IMG/VR virus record: IMGVR_UViG_3300025141_000022
Coordinates: 64,001-128,000 of that record
From: a virus
Length of the DNA stretch: 64,000 nt
Reading direction: 5' to 3' (one strand)
Positions 29,712 through 37,878 of the stretch are shown here, piece after piece. The notes below the pieces were generated by a model that saw only the letters and a list, made by a program, of their open reading frames with translations, made no database searches and was not told the DNA's origin. Position numbers and translations under genes: made by a program. Positions within the stretch are counted from its first letter, which is position 1; each line of letters opens with the position of its first letter.

Positions 29712-30548
29712 ATGAAGCTCTTAATGGAAAACTGGCGGTATTACTTAACCGAAGAACAACAACTATCGGATGAGTTTTTAGAGTTTCTGTTTTCCGACAG
29801 AATAAGTGCTTTTATGAGCGATTCCACACTAAATGAGGTGGAGAGTTTAGAAACCAAAGCTAAAAGGCTAGCCAAGAAATATGGCGTCCCGTTTGCTATA
29901 GCTATGGGCATACTTACTGGTGCAGCAGGAAGCAAAGTAGTTGGAGACATGCAAAGTCCCGCTAACGACCCAGAAATTGTACAACAGATAGAGAAGCCCT
30001 CTCCGCGCTCCTCATTGCCGCCAGGGTATTCTGATCTGACTAATCTGCAGGCTATGGAAAAAGCATGGGAGACTATTGATGGTAAGCAACATCAAGCCGC
30101 CCCCGTTTCTGGCGGATATCCAACAGCGCAAGGTATGATGCCATTTACATATGTGCCTGCTGTAGAGTTATCTGGTGGCGACATTCTACCTATGTCACTA
30201 ATGACCGCCGATGAGTACAGGGCATTCATACTGGATAAACTAGAGAGTGGAAACCCACAGGAGGTTATTTACCTTAAGAATATGGTTTATGGGGATACCG
30301 CAAAATGGCTTTCAGGAACGGGAGAGTCAGACTTCAGGGTCACTAATGGGCTACCAGTTTTGCCACCAGAGTGGTCGATTGCACATGATGTATTCGCTAG
30401 CGAAGTAGAAGAACGAATAAATAAAGTAGTAGAATATTTGCAGGAAAATCCAGATCATAGAGAAGCCGTTGCTGTGGAGCTTAATCTTGCTAGCGTAGAT
30501 GATTTAGAACCTTTCATAAACAGTCAGTATGCAAAATTGGCTAGATGA
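29712..30548 (+). CDS. ENWR-leader protein with basic-hydrophobic (membrane anchor-like) segment
   Basis: Leader MKLLMENWRYYLTEE; KAKRLAKKYGVPFAIAMGILTGAAG. Confidence 0.7.
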   Translation: MKLLMENWRYYLTEEQQLSDEFLEFLFSDRISAFMSDSTLNEVESLETKAKRLAKKYGVPFAIAMGILTGAAGSKVVGDMQSPANDPEIVQQIEKPSPRSSLPPGYSDLTNLQAMEKAWETIDGKQHQAAPVSGGYPTAQGMMPFTYVPAVELSGGDILPMSLMTADEYRAFILDKLESGNPQEVIYLKNMVYGDTAKWLSGTGESDFRVTNGLPVLPPEWSIAHDVFASEVEERINKVVEYLQENPDHREAVAVELNLASVDDLEPFINSQYAKLAR

Positions 30549-30558
30549 TTAAAAACGC

Positions 30559-30587
30559 TTGACGCCATAGATCAACTGTGTTATATT
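30559..30587 (+). promoter_or_regulatory. Sigma70-type promoter (TTGACG-17 bp-TATATT, extended -10 TG)
   Basis: TTGACG at 30559-64, TG at 30579-80, TATATT at 30582-87; intergenic; followed by an AGGAGG RBS. Confidence 0.75.
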
Positions 30588-30603
30588 ATATGCAGGAGGA
30601 AAT

Positions 30604-30762
30604 ATGAAAACTTTTAGAGCGTTTGTTGCTGGAGTTATTTTCGCATTTGTTATTGCTGGGACCGTTGTGGCGGTATGTGGCACCGAAACAAACTATATTG
30701 ATCAGGTCATGTACGAGGATGAAGAAATAGAAAGACTCATCCTACTTGATGTTTCAGAATAA
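30604..30762 (+). CDS. Small membrane protein (52 aa), not in supplied ORF track
   Basis: MKTFRAFVAGVIFAFVIAGTVVAVCGTETNYIDQVMYEDEEIERLILLDVSE; strong AGGAGG RBS; single N-terminal hydrophobic helix plus acidic tail. Confidence 0.75.
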   Translation: MKTFRAFVAGVIFAFVIAGTVVAVCGTETNYIDQVMYEDEEIERLILLDVSE

Positions 30763-30773
30763 GAAGTTATAAT

Positions 30774-31709
30774 ATGACTTCAAAATATAAAATTATTTCA
30801 GATATTCTGGGCGATAGTTATCAGGTCAGCGGTGAGCGCCTGTTTCATTGCCCGTACTGCAAACACCATAAAAGAAAATTATCAATTAATATTGATAAGA
30901 ATGTATACAAATGCTGGATTTGTGATACGAATGGTCGTAATTTAAGACGCATTGTCCGCCGCTTTGGGACGTTTAAGCACCTTCAAGAGTGGGACACTAT
31001 CTCAGGTCGAATTGATATCAACGACTTTGATAATCTGTTTCGTGAAGAAGAGAAATCAACAGAGATAGAGCAGATAATAAAACTACCCGAAGATTTTATA
31101 TCCTTGGCCAACAACGATTTGCCTAAATCATCCAGATGGCCACTGAGGTATCTAAAGCATAGGGGTGTTACCAAGAAAGATGTACTAAAATGGAAGATAG
31201 GCTATTGTGATTCTGGGCCCTATGCGGGTAGAATTATTATACCATCGTTTAATATGGACGGGCATGTAAATTATTATATCGCTAGAACGTATGATAATTC
31301 TTGGCCAAGATACAAAAATCCGCCAGCATCAAGAAATGTTGCATTTAACGAACTCTATATTGATTGGAATAAAGATTTAGTAATTGTAGAGGGTGTTTTT
31401 GATGCTATTATAGCCGGAAACAGTGTGCCTATTTTGGGCTCAACTCTTCGACCAAGTTCTCAACTAGTACGAAAAATTATCTACAATGATACGCCGGTTT
31501 ATTTAGCTCTTGACCAAGATGCCCAGCAAAAAGAAAACAAGATTATCAAAACACTTTTGCAATATGACATCGAGCTTTACAAAATTGATGTGTCTGGTTA
31601 TGAAGATGTCGGAGAGATGAGTAAAGAAGAGTTTTCTAAACGTAAGGAAAATGCGTACTTTATCTCTCAAGAAGACTATTTATTGACAGCGGCTATAAAT
31701 ACTATCTAA
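30774..31709 (+). CDS. DNA primase (zinc finger + TOPRIM), T4 gp61/DnaG-like
   Basis: HCPYC...KCWICD zinc finger, RIIIPSF..G..NYYIAR, LVIVEGVFDAI and LALDQDA TOPRIM motifs. Confidence 0.9.
   Translation: MTSKYKIISDILGDSYQVSGERLFHCPYCKHHKRKLSINIDKNVYKCWICDTNGRNLRRIVRRFGTFKHLQEWDTISGRIDINDFDNLFREEEKSTEIEQIIKLPEDFISLANNDLPKSSRWPLRYLKHRGVTKKDVLKWKIGYCDSGPYAGRIIIPSFNMDGHVNYYIARTYDNSWPRYKNPPASRNVAFNELYIDWNKDLVIVEGVFDAIIAGNSVPILGSTLRPSSQLVRKIIYNDTPVYLALDQDAQQKENKIIKTLLQYDIELYKIDVSGYEDVGEMSKEEFSKRKENAYFISQEDYLLTAAINTI
31675..31683 (+). promoter_or_regulatory. Putative late promoter motif ACTATTTAT (in primase 3' end)
   Basis: About 40 nt upstream of the MKI-leader gene cluster starting at 31724. 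Confidence 0.4.
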
Positions 31710-31723
31710 ATGAGGAGCTTTTT

Positions 31724-31912
31724 GTGGACGAAAGAGAACAAAAGATAAGATATGCCATTCAAAAGGCTATCAAAGAAATGAACTCTAAGCCAAGCGAAGA
31801 GTCAGTAGATTTGTTTGAAAAGGTTACTACGCTAATAAAAGAGCAGAAACTCAATCATGAACAACAGGCCGTTTTAATTGGAAAATTACTCGACTGGGAC
31901 TTAAACAAATGA
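31724..31912 (+). CDS. Small hypothetical protein, degenerate helix-leader (IRYAIQKAIKE)
   Basis: 62 aa, GTG start with GAGGAG RBS. Confidence 0.6.
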   Translation: MDEREQKIRYAIQKAIKEMNSKPSEESVDLFEKVTTLIKEQKLNHEQQAVLIGKLLDWDLNK

Positions 31913-32172
31913 AGATTGACATGAAAACATTAAGAGAGGTAGTTAAGCAAGAGCTTACAGAGGTGTGTGGAGCAGAAGCCGAAAACGCTCAGCAAGCTGT
32001 TGCGGGCGCACAAAGTGTTTCTTTAAGCAAGTTGCCTTTTGAGCAGTGGGCAGATCAGGTAGTTCAGATGTCGGGTAGAATGTCAGTTAATGAATTGCCA
32101 AAATATATTAATTATTATGATGCCTGGATGGCTGGTGTGGCTCCAGAATCTATCATTGATACAATAAAATAA
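31909..32172 (+). CDS. MKI-leader small protein
   Basis: MKIDMKTLREVVKQELTE; coupled to the previous gene. Confidence 0.7.
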   Translation: MKIDMKTLREVVKQELTEVCGAEAENAQQAVAGAQSVSLSKLPFEQWADQVVQMSGRMSVNELPKYINYYDAWMAGVAPESIIDTIK

Positions 32173-32186
32173 AAAGGAATAATATT

Positions 32187-32513
32187 ATGAAAATTACAAA
32201 AGCACAACTTAAGCGAATAATTTTAGAAGAACTTAAAGCCGTGACAGAACTTGACAAACTTGATGATCAGGATCCGACTGCAGAAAGGCCCCCGGAGTCC
32301 ACCATGGATACATCAAAGATTGATCGAACTGGTGCCAAAGCTGGTGAAGAGATGCGTGACGTACAACTGGCAACAAAGTATTTGAAGAAAATCGACAACC
32401 ATAAAGAATTCGGACAACTACTCGCAGCCGTTCTAAAGCATGCCGAACAAGATCCACAGATGCAGGCTGTTCTTAAAAGAATGTTTCAACGCCGTCGAGA
32501 TGTGGGAGTATAG
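32187..32513 (+). CDS. MKI-leader small protein
   Basis: MKITKAQLKRIILEELKAVTE; AAGGA RBS. Confidence 0.75.
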   Translation: MKITKAQLKRIILEELKAVTELDKLDDQDPTAERPPESTMDTSKIDRTGAKAGEEMRDVQLATKYLKKIDNHKEFGQLLAAVLKHAEQDPQMQAVLKRMFQRRRDVGV

Positions 32514-32523
32514 GGAGAACACA

Positions 32524-32994
32524 GTGGCTAAAAGAAAAAATGTAAAGAGAATTGACCCGAGATACTTTTTGGATGAAACAGTGCATAGAGGGCTGGATGA
32601 AGGTGTCGTAAAAAAGCCCTTTGGAGACACCATGATCACGCACGACGATTATGAGCAGTCTGACGAGCCTCCTCGCGATGACACTGGTGAGCCGCCCCTC
32701 ACACAACGCTCGCAACGTAAACTTAGCCACGATCATATGCTGGCAAGAATTAACGATGCAAAGCTATACCTCCAACAACAAGAGGACCCAGTTGCGTCAG
32801 AACTCTCGCAGGAGCTTGATGGCGTAATACACACTATGGAGTTGCTAAATGATTATTTTATGGGTGATATGCCCGCAGACGCGAATCCATTGAGCCGAAG
32901 ACCTCCCGGTGGAGGACTCGGTGGTCCGGGTAAAGGCCCCAGGCATATGCGCGGAGACTCGGGAGGCGGCTACCCAGAAGAGGAGATGTCGTGA
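32524..32994 (+). CDS. DPRYFLxE-leader protein (true start probably GTG 32524)
   Basis: GGAG RBS at 32514-17 before an in-frame GTG; this removes the overlap with the previous gene. Begins (M)AKRKNVKRIDPRYFLDE. Confidence 0.7.
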   Translation: MAKRKNVKRIDPRYFLDETVHRGLDEGVVKKPFGDTMITHDDYEQSDEPPRDDTGEPPLTQRSQRKLSHDHMLARINDAKLYLQQQEDPVASELSQELDGVIHTMELLNDYFMGDMPADANPLSRRPPGGGLGGPGKGPRHMRGDSGGGYPEEEMS

Positions 32995-33704
32995 AAATCA
33001 CAAAAGCAAAATTAAAAGAAATCATTATGGAAGAGATCGTTAAAGAGTCTCTAGATGATTATCATTTCGGTTTTGACCCAACACACAATCAGCCAAAAAT
33101 TAGTTCTGCTCAGGCAGCAGAAGAGGCGCTGTGGCACTGGTATGAAGAAGCGTTTATGAATAATGCGATGCCTCTTCTATTAGAATCATACCCCGAGGTT
33201 GCAGGTTATAGTCCATCTAATCCATCAGAGCTTCTTGATGTGCTATCAGATCTTAATCGACAATTTAAAGAAAATACAGTGGGCAGACACTCTCAGGAAG
33301 ACGATCCTATGATGAATGCACCAATGATGGAGAACAAAATGAAGATTACAAAAAAAGAATTTAGACAGATTGTCTTGGAAGAGTTGAGAGAGTGCATGTG
33401 TGATTCTGCACCTATTGTTGAGTACGAGACAGAAGAAGGCGAGATCGAAAGAATAGTAAACAAGTTACGTCAAGCTATGATGCACAAGTCAGAGCAAGAG
33501 GTAGGCCCGGCAGTTCAGGCCCTCAGAATGTTTATTGATTCTCTTGAAATGGCACAATCCGAGGAAGAGCTTGACCAGTTGGTACAAGACCTATCTGGCT
33601 CATCAGTACCAGAGTTTGAGGCGTCCCCAATAGTCGAAAGTACGATGCCGCTTGCGATGCTAAAAGAGGTCTTAAAGAGGCATTTTAGCACGCTTTTGAA
33701 ATAA
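32991..33704 (+). CDS. MKI-leader protein with second internal MKI leader
   Basis: MKITKAKLKEIIMEEIVKE at the start; MKITKKEFRQIVLEELRE from an internal ATG at 33339 preceded by GGAGAACAAA. Confidence 0.75.
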   Translation: MKITKAKLKEIIMEEIVKESLDDYHFGFDPTHNQPKISSAQAAEEALWHWYEEAFMNNAMPLLLESYPEVAGYSPSNPSELLDVLSDLNRQFKENTVGRHSQEDDPMMNAPMMENKMKITKKEFRQIVLEELRECMCDSAPIVEYETEEGEIERIVNKLRQAMMHKSEQEVGPAVQALRMFIDSLEMAQSEEELDQLVQDLSGSSVPEFEASPIVESTMPLAMLKEVLKRHFSTLLK

Positions 33705-33709
33705 AAATA

Positions 33710-33738
33710 TTGACATTATAACGTAACTGTGTTAATAT
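33710..33738 (+). promoter_or_regulatory. Sigma70-type promoter (TTGACA-17 bp-TAATAT, extended -10 TG)
   Basis: Perfect TTGACA at 33710-15, TG at 33730-31, TAATAT at 33733-38. Shares AACTGTGTTA with the promoter at 30559. Confidence 0.75.
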
Positions 33739-33762
33739 TTAGTTGTGAATTGCATCGAGGCC

Positions 33763-33855
33763 ATGCCGGCCAGCGCCCTGCTGGCTATTATTTGTAGTTA
33801 CCTAGCTATGTTTGCGCTAGGGTGGCTTATTGGCGTGTCCACTAAGGAGAGTTAA
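33763..33855 (+). CDS. Hydrophobic micro-ORF (30 aa; possibly 36 aa from GTG 33745)
   Basis: MPASALLAIICSYLAMFALGWLIGVSTKES. Fills the gap between the promoter and the Mre11-Rad50 gene, ending 1 nt before its start; RBS weak. Confidence 0.45.
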   Translation: MPASALLAIICSYLAMFALGWLIGVSTKES

Positions 33856-33856
33856 A

Positions 33857-36800
33857 TTGAAGTTCGCACACATTGCTGATACGCATATTAAAAATTTAAA
33901 ATATCATTATGAGTATAAGGTTGTTTTTGAACAACTCTATAAAAGACTAAAAGAAGAAAAAGTTGATTGCATCGTCCACTGTGGTGATATTGCACACACA
34001 AAGACACAGATTTCACCAGAGTTTGTGGAGTTGTGCTCTGACTTTTTTCGAAACCTTGAGTCAATCGCACCCACATATATTATTTTGGGAAACCACGATG
34101 GCAATCTAAAGAATAGTAGTCGCCAAGACGCACTTACGCCTATTGTGGAGGCTCTTGAATTGCCAAATCTTCATTTGCTGAAGAATTCTGGCGAGACACA
34201 TATCAACAATGATGTCTGCTTGAATGTTCTATCAGTATTTGACGAAGACAATTGGATGGCACCTACGGAGTCTGATAAAATTAATATTGCCCTTTACCAT
34301 GGTTCTATTTCTGGCGTAAAAACAGATATTGGATGGGTCATGGAACACGGAGAGCACGACATATCCATTTTCGATAAATTTGATTTTGCTTTTCTGGGAG
34401 ATATCCATAAAACAAATCAAGCCATAGATCGAGAAGGGAGGATACGCTATCCCGGTAGTACAATTCAGCAAAACCATGGAGAAACAAATGATAAGGGTAT
34501 TCTTATTTGGGACATCCACAACAAGCAAGACTGGGATGTATACCATATCGCATTTGAAAATCCAAAGCCGTTTGTCACAATTGAATTAACGCCAAAAGGA
34601 AGACTTAGAAAAAACAAAAAGATCCCCACCGGCGCACGTCTAAGACTAGTATCTAATAATAACCTGCCTTTAGATAAAATGAAGAAGGCCGTTGAAGTTG
34701 CAAAGCATAGATACAATCCAGAATCTATTACTTTTTTAAATCGCGCCGCAGGCTCAAGGGGAAATGTTGATGATTTGACTGGCAATATGATGAAGACCAA
34801 TCTTCGTGATATGGCTGTACAAGAAAAGTTTATTCGCGAATATCTGAAAGATTATGAACTTGAGGAAGGTGCCATACAAAAGGTGTTCGATCTGAACAAG
34901 AAGTATAATAAGCTTGTCGAAGACGGAGAAGAAGTTTCCAGAAATATTAATTGGAAATTGCAGTCGTTAGAGTGGGACAATCTATTTAACTACGGAAAGG
35001 GGAACCGAATTGGGTTTGATAAGTTAAATGGAATTGTTGGTATCTTTGGCAAAAATTATTCTGGTAAATCTTCTATCATTGATAGTGTATTGTATACCTT
35101 ATTCAATTCTACCTCAAAGAATGAACGTAAGAATCTTAATATTATTAACCAAAATTGCGATGTGGGGCGAGGAAGATTACGAATTAAAATCGGAGACGAA
35201 GAATACCAAATCGAGAGAACATCTGAAAAGTACATTAGAAAGCTTAAAGGAGAGACAACGCAGGAGGCAAAAACGGACCTAGAGTTTACAAGCACGAATA
35301 GAATTCTTGGCGAAGACAAGGTTCACAACGGCTTGACAAGAAACGAAACAGACAAGAATATTCGCAAAATGTTTGGAACACTAGATGACTTCTTGCTGAC
35401 TTCGATGGCCAGTCAAAATGAGTCCTTGGCCTTTATTAAAGAGGGTTCAACTCGACGCAAGGAAATTCTTGCTAAATTTTTAGATCTTGAAATATTTGAT
35501 AAGAAGTTCAAGATGGCCAAGGAGGACGTTGCAGATCTTCGCGGAGCTATCCGCCGCCTTCAAGGTCGCGATTTTGATGAAGACATCGATGTTGCATCGC
35601 AAGAACTGCTCATGGCCGAAGAAGAGATCGAGGTCCACAAGAAAGAGTGCCAAGACTGTGAGGTTACGATTGAGCAGCTAAAAGAAACGCTAAAGCTGGT
35701 TGAAGAAAAGATTTCTTCTATCCCGCAAGAAGTTATCGATATCGTTCAGGTAAAAGATGATTTTAATGCCAAACAAGAACAAACCACCTCGTTGAAGTCT
35801 AAAATTGAGGTACTATACGCTGATCGAAAGATCAAGCAAGAACTGTTCTCTAAAATTAATGATTTCACCAGCAAATATGATATCGATGAACTGAAAGATA
35901 AAAAGCAAAAAATTGATGAGATAGAGGAGTCGATAGAAAATGTCTTGGTCAGCTTACATCGAGAACAGCAAGAGCAGAGCCGTAATAAGAAAAAGGAACA
36001 GCTACTGAAAGAGCATGAATATGATCCCGACTGTACATATTGTTGTGAAAATAAGTTTGTCAAAGAGGCTCATGTTGCTGTAGCCAACATTGTGCTTAAT
36101 GAAAGGAAAATAAAGTCTTTCACGTTGAGTGTTGATTCTTACCGCGATGACCTTGAGGCAATGAAGCCGCAACAAGTTAGTGACCGAATTGACAAATATA
36201 ATCATATACTAGAAAGTAGAGCAGAGTTATCAAACGAAATAGCAAATTTGAATATTTCAATTGAGAGAAACAAGCTAGCTGCAGAAAGGACACAAAGGGA
36301 ATCAGCCGAACTACAAGAAAAGTTGGATTTATACGAAAAAAATAAAGAAGCCATCGAAAGTATGCAAAAGTTGATCAAACTCAGACAGGGCACGATGAAG
36401 AAGATAGATATTAATGCAGCTTCTTTAAAGGTTTGCCAAGAAGAATTGGCAGATTTGTATATGGCGCAAGGCTCGTGTGAGCAGAAGCTACAACACTTAG
36501 AGGATCTGAAGGAAGAGTTTGAGAACTTGCAAGAAGAGTATTCTGCCTATGACTTGTTCATGCGCAGCATGCACACTAGCGGAATTTCTTATGATATTAT
36601 CAAAAAGAAGTTGCCCGCAATTAATAATGAGATTGCTAAAGTATTAGCCAATGTTGTAAATTTTGAAGTCTTTTTTGAAGACGATGGCAAAAGACTCAAC
36701 ATCTTTATTAAACATCCACAATATGAGCCGCGCCCATTAGAGATGGGATCAGGTGCAGAAAAGTCTATCGCAGCTATGGCAATTCGACTGTCTTTACTTT

Positions 36801-37018
36801 CTGTGTCTAATTTACCAAAGGGCGATCTATTTATATTAGATGAACCCGGCACTGCCTTAGATGCCGACAACATGGAAGGATTTGTTAGAATTTTAGATAT
36901 GGTTAAGAATTACTACAAGACAGTGTTGTTGATTTCGCACATGGATACGCTAAAGGACGTGGCAGATGTTGTAATTGCAATAGAAAAGAAAGACGGATTT
37001 GCCAATGTCAACGTCTAA
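33857..37018 (+). CDS. Fused Mre11/SbcD (gp47) nuclease - Rad50/SbcC (gp46) SMC ATPase
   Basis: HIADTH, HCGDI, GNHD, LGDIH phosphoesterase motifs; Walker A GKNYSGKSS; coiled coil with CTYC hook; MGSGAE signature; Walker B FILDEPG; ISH H-loop. Start probably TTG 33857 (AAGGAG RBS). Confidence 0.92.
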   Translation: MKFAHIADTHIKNLKYHYEYKVVFEQLYKRLKEEKVDCIVHCGDIAHTKTQISPEFVELCSDFFRNLESIAPTYIILGNHDGNLKNSSRQDALTPIVEALELPNLHLLKNSGETHINNDVCLNVLSVFDEDNWMAPTESDKINIALYHGSISGVKTDIGWVMEHGEHDISIFDKFDFAFLGDIHKTNQAIDREGRIRYPGSTIQQNHGETNDKGILIWDIHNKQDWDVYHIAFENPKPFVTIELTPKGRLRKNKKIPTGARLRLVSNNNLPLDKMKKAVEVAKHRYNPESITFLNRAAGSRGNVDDLTGNMMKTNLRDMAVQEKFIREYLKDYELEEGAIQKVFDLNKKYNKLVEDGEEVSRNINWKLQSLEWDNLFNYGKGNRIGFDKLNGIVGIFGKNYSGKSSIIDSVLYTLFNSTSKNERKNLNIINQNCDVGRGRLRIKIGDEEYQIERTSEKYIRKLKGETTQEAKTDLEFTSTNRILGEDKVHNGLTRNETDKNIRKMFGTLDDFLLTSMASQNESLAFIKEGSTRRKEILAKFLDLEIFDKKFKMAKEDVADLRGAIRRLQGRDFDEDIDVASQELLMAEEEIEVHKKECQDCEVTIEQLKETLKLVEEKISSIPQEVIDIVQVKDDFNAKQEQTTSLKSKIEVLYADRKIKQELFSKINDFTSKYDIDELKDKKQKIDEIEESIENVLVSLHREQQEQSRNKKKEQLLKEHEYDPDCTYCCENKFVKEAHVAVANIVLNERKIKSFTLSVDSYRDDLEAMKPQQVSDRIDKYNHILESRAELSNEIANLNISIERNKLAAERTQRESAELQEKLDLYEKNKEAIESMQKLIKLRQGTMKKIDINAASLKVCQEELADLYMAQGSCEQKLQHLEDLKEEFENLQEEYSAYDLFMRSMHTSGISYDIIKKKLPAINNEIAKVLANVVNFEVFFEDDGKRLNIFIKHPQYEPRPLEMGSGAEKSIAAMAIRLSLLSVSNLPKGDLFILDEPGTALDADNMEGFVRILDMVKNYYKTVLLISHMDTLKDVADVVIAIEKKDGFANVNV

Positions 37019-37256
37019 GAAGTATATTATCTTACCGTATGATGGAAATGAACAGAGATTAAGCTTAGAAAACGTTGAAACAAAATTAACAACTCACGTT
37101 AAGATGGATGACATCCATAAATTTTTAAGATATGTCCACTCGCTTGAGGATCTTGCGTTCGCTGTAAAAGATTTAGAATACGAAAAATATAAAAAATACT
37201 TCAATAAAATCGAGAATGTTAATTTTTGTTATGCAATACCCGCCGAGAAGGACTAA
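36999..37256 (+). CDS. Hypothetical protein (85 aa)
   Basis: ORF overlapping the end of the Mre11-Rad50 gene and filling the gap; no recognisable motif. Confidence 0.5.
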   Translation: MPMSTSKKYIILPYDGNEQRLSLENVETKLTTHVKMDDIHKFLRYVHSLEDLAFAVKDLEYEKYKKYFNKIENVNFCYAIPAEKD

Positions 37257-37260
37257 TTAT
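37252..37260 (+). promoter_or_regulatory. Putative late promoter motif ACTAATTAT
   Basis: Instance about 20 nt before the membrane-protein trio starting at 37281. Confidence 0.5.
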
Positions 37261-37280
37261 AGTATACTTTTGGAGGTATA

Positions 37281-37472
37281 GTGATGAAAAAAGGATATTT
37301 AGATAAAATAATGGAGAGAGTAATCTCTCGTAAATTATTCACATTCTTAACCGCAACTGGACTTATGTTGTGGTCTGATTTGGCATCAGAAACCTGGGGT
37401 ATGATTGCGATGGTGTACATCGGAACTCAGGGTGCGATTGACGCTATGAAGGCGTATAGGCACGGAGAATAG
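37281..37472 (+). CDS. Small membrane protein, holin-like
   Basis: 63 aa, two short hydrophobic helices (ISRKLFTFLTATGLMLW; TWGMIAMVYIGTQGAID); GGAGG RBS. Confidence 0.5.
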   Translation: MMKKGYLDKIMERVISRKLFTFLTATGLMLWSDLASETWGMIAMVYIGTQGAIDAMKAYRHGE

Positions 37473-37473
37473 A

Positions 37474-37878
37474 ATGACTTGGCTAGCATTTACAGTTGCT
37501 ATGAAAAAGGCATGGGTTTGGTGCAAGCACCATTGGAAGATTGTAGCCATTGGTATTTGGACCTTGGTTGTGTATTTGATTGCGCGTGGAAACGTGCGTA
37601 ATTATAAAAAAGTTCTTGAGCAAACGATTAAAAGCTATGAGGCTGAGCGGGATGCAGTAGACAAAACATATCAAGAAGAACTTGATAGAAGAAATCAGGC
37701 GCTTAAAAAACACAATGAGGCGCTGAGACTTTTAGAAGAAAAATACAGCAACGCTGAGGAAGAGCTATCTTATGAAAAAAGAGCGAGGTTTACAGAATTG
37801 ATGAAAATGCACGATGAAGATCCGCAAACAATTAATGAATTGCTTCAGAGGGAGTTTGGGTTTACTTATGTGGAATAA
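37474..37878 (+). CDS. Membrane-anchored coiled-coil protein (i-spanin-like)
   Basis: N-terminal TM (WKIVAIGIWTLVVYLIA) followed by a long charged coiled coil. Confidence 0.45.
   Translation: MTWLAFTVAMKKAWVWCKHHWKIVAIGIWTLVVYLIARGNVRNYKKVLEQTIKSYEAERDAVDKTYQEELDRRNQALKKHNEALRLLEEKYSNAEEELSYEKRARFTELMKMHDEDPQTINELLQREFGFTYVE

Noticed and set aside
30604-30762. Lipoprotein (VVAVC) interpretation of the micro-ORF
   Set aside because: The residue before Cys is Val, not the G/A/S expected for a lipobox; treated as a simple membrane anchor.
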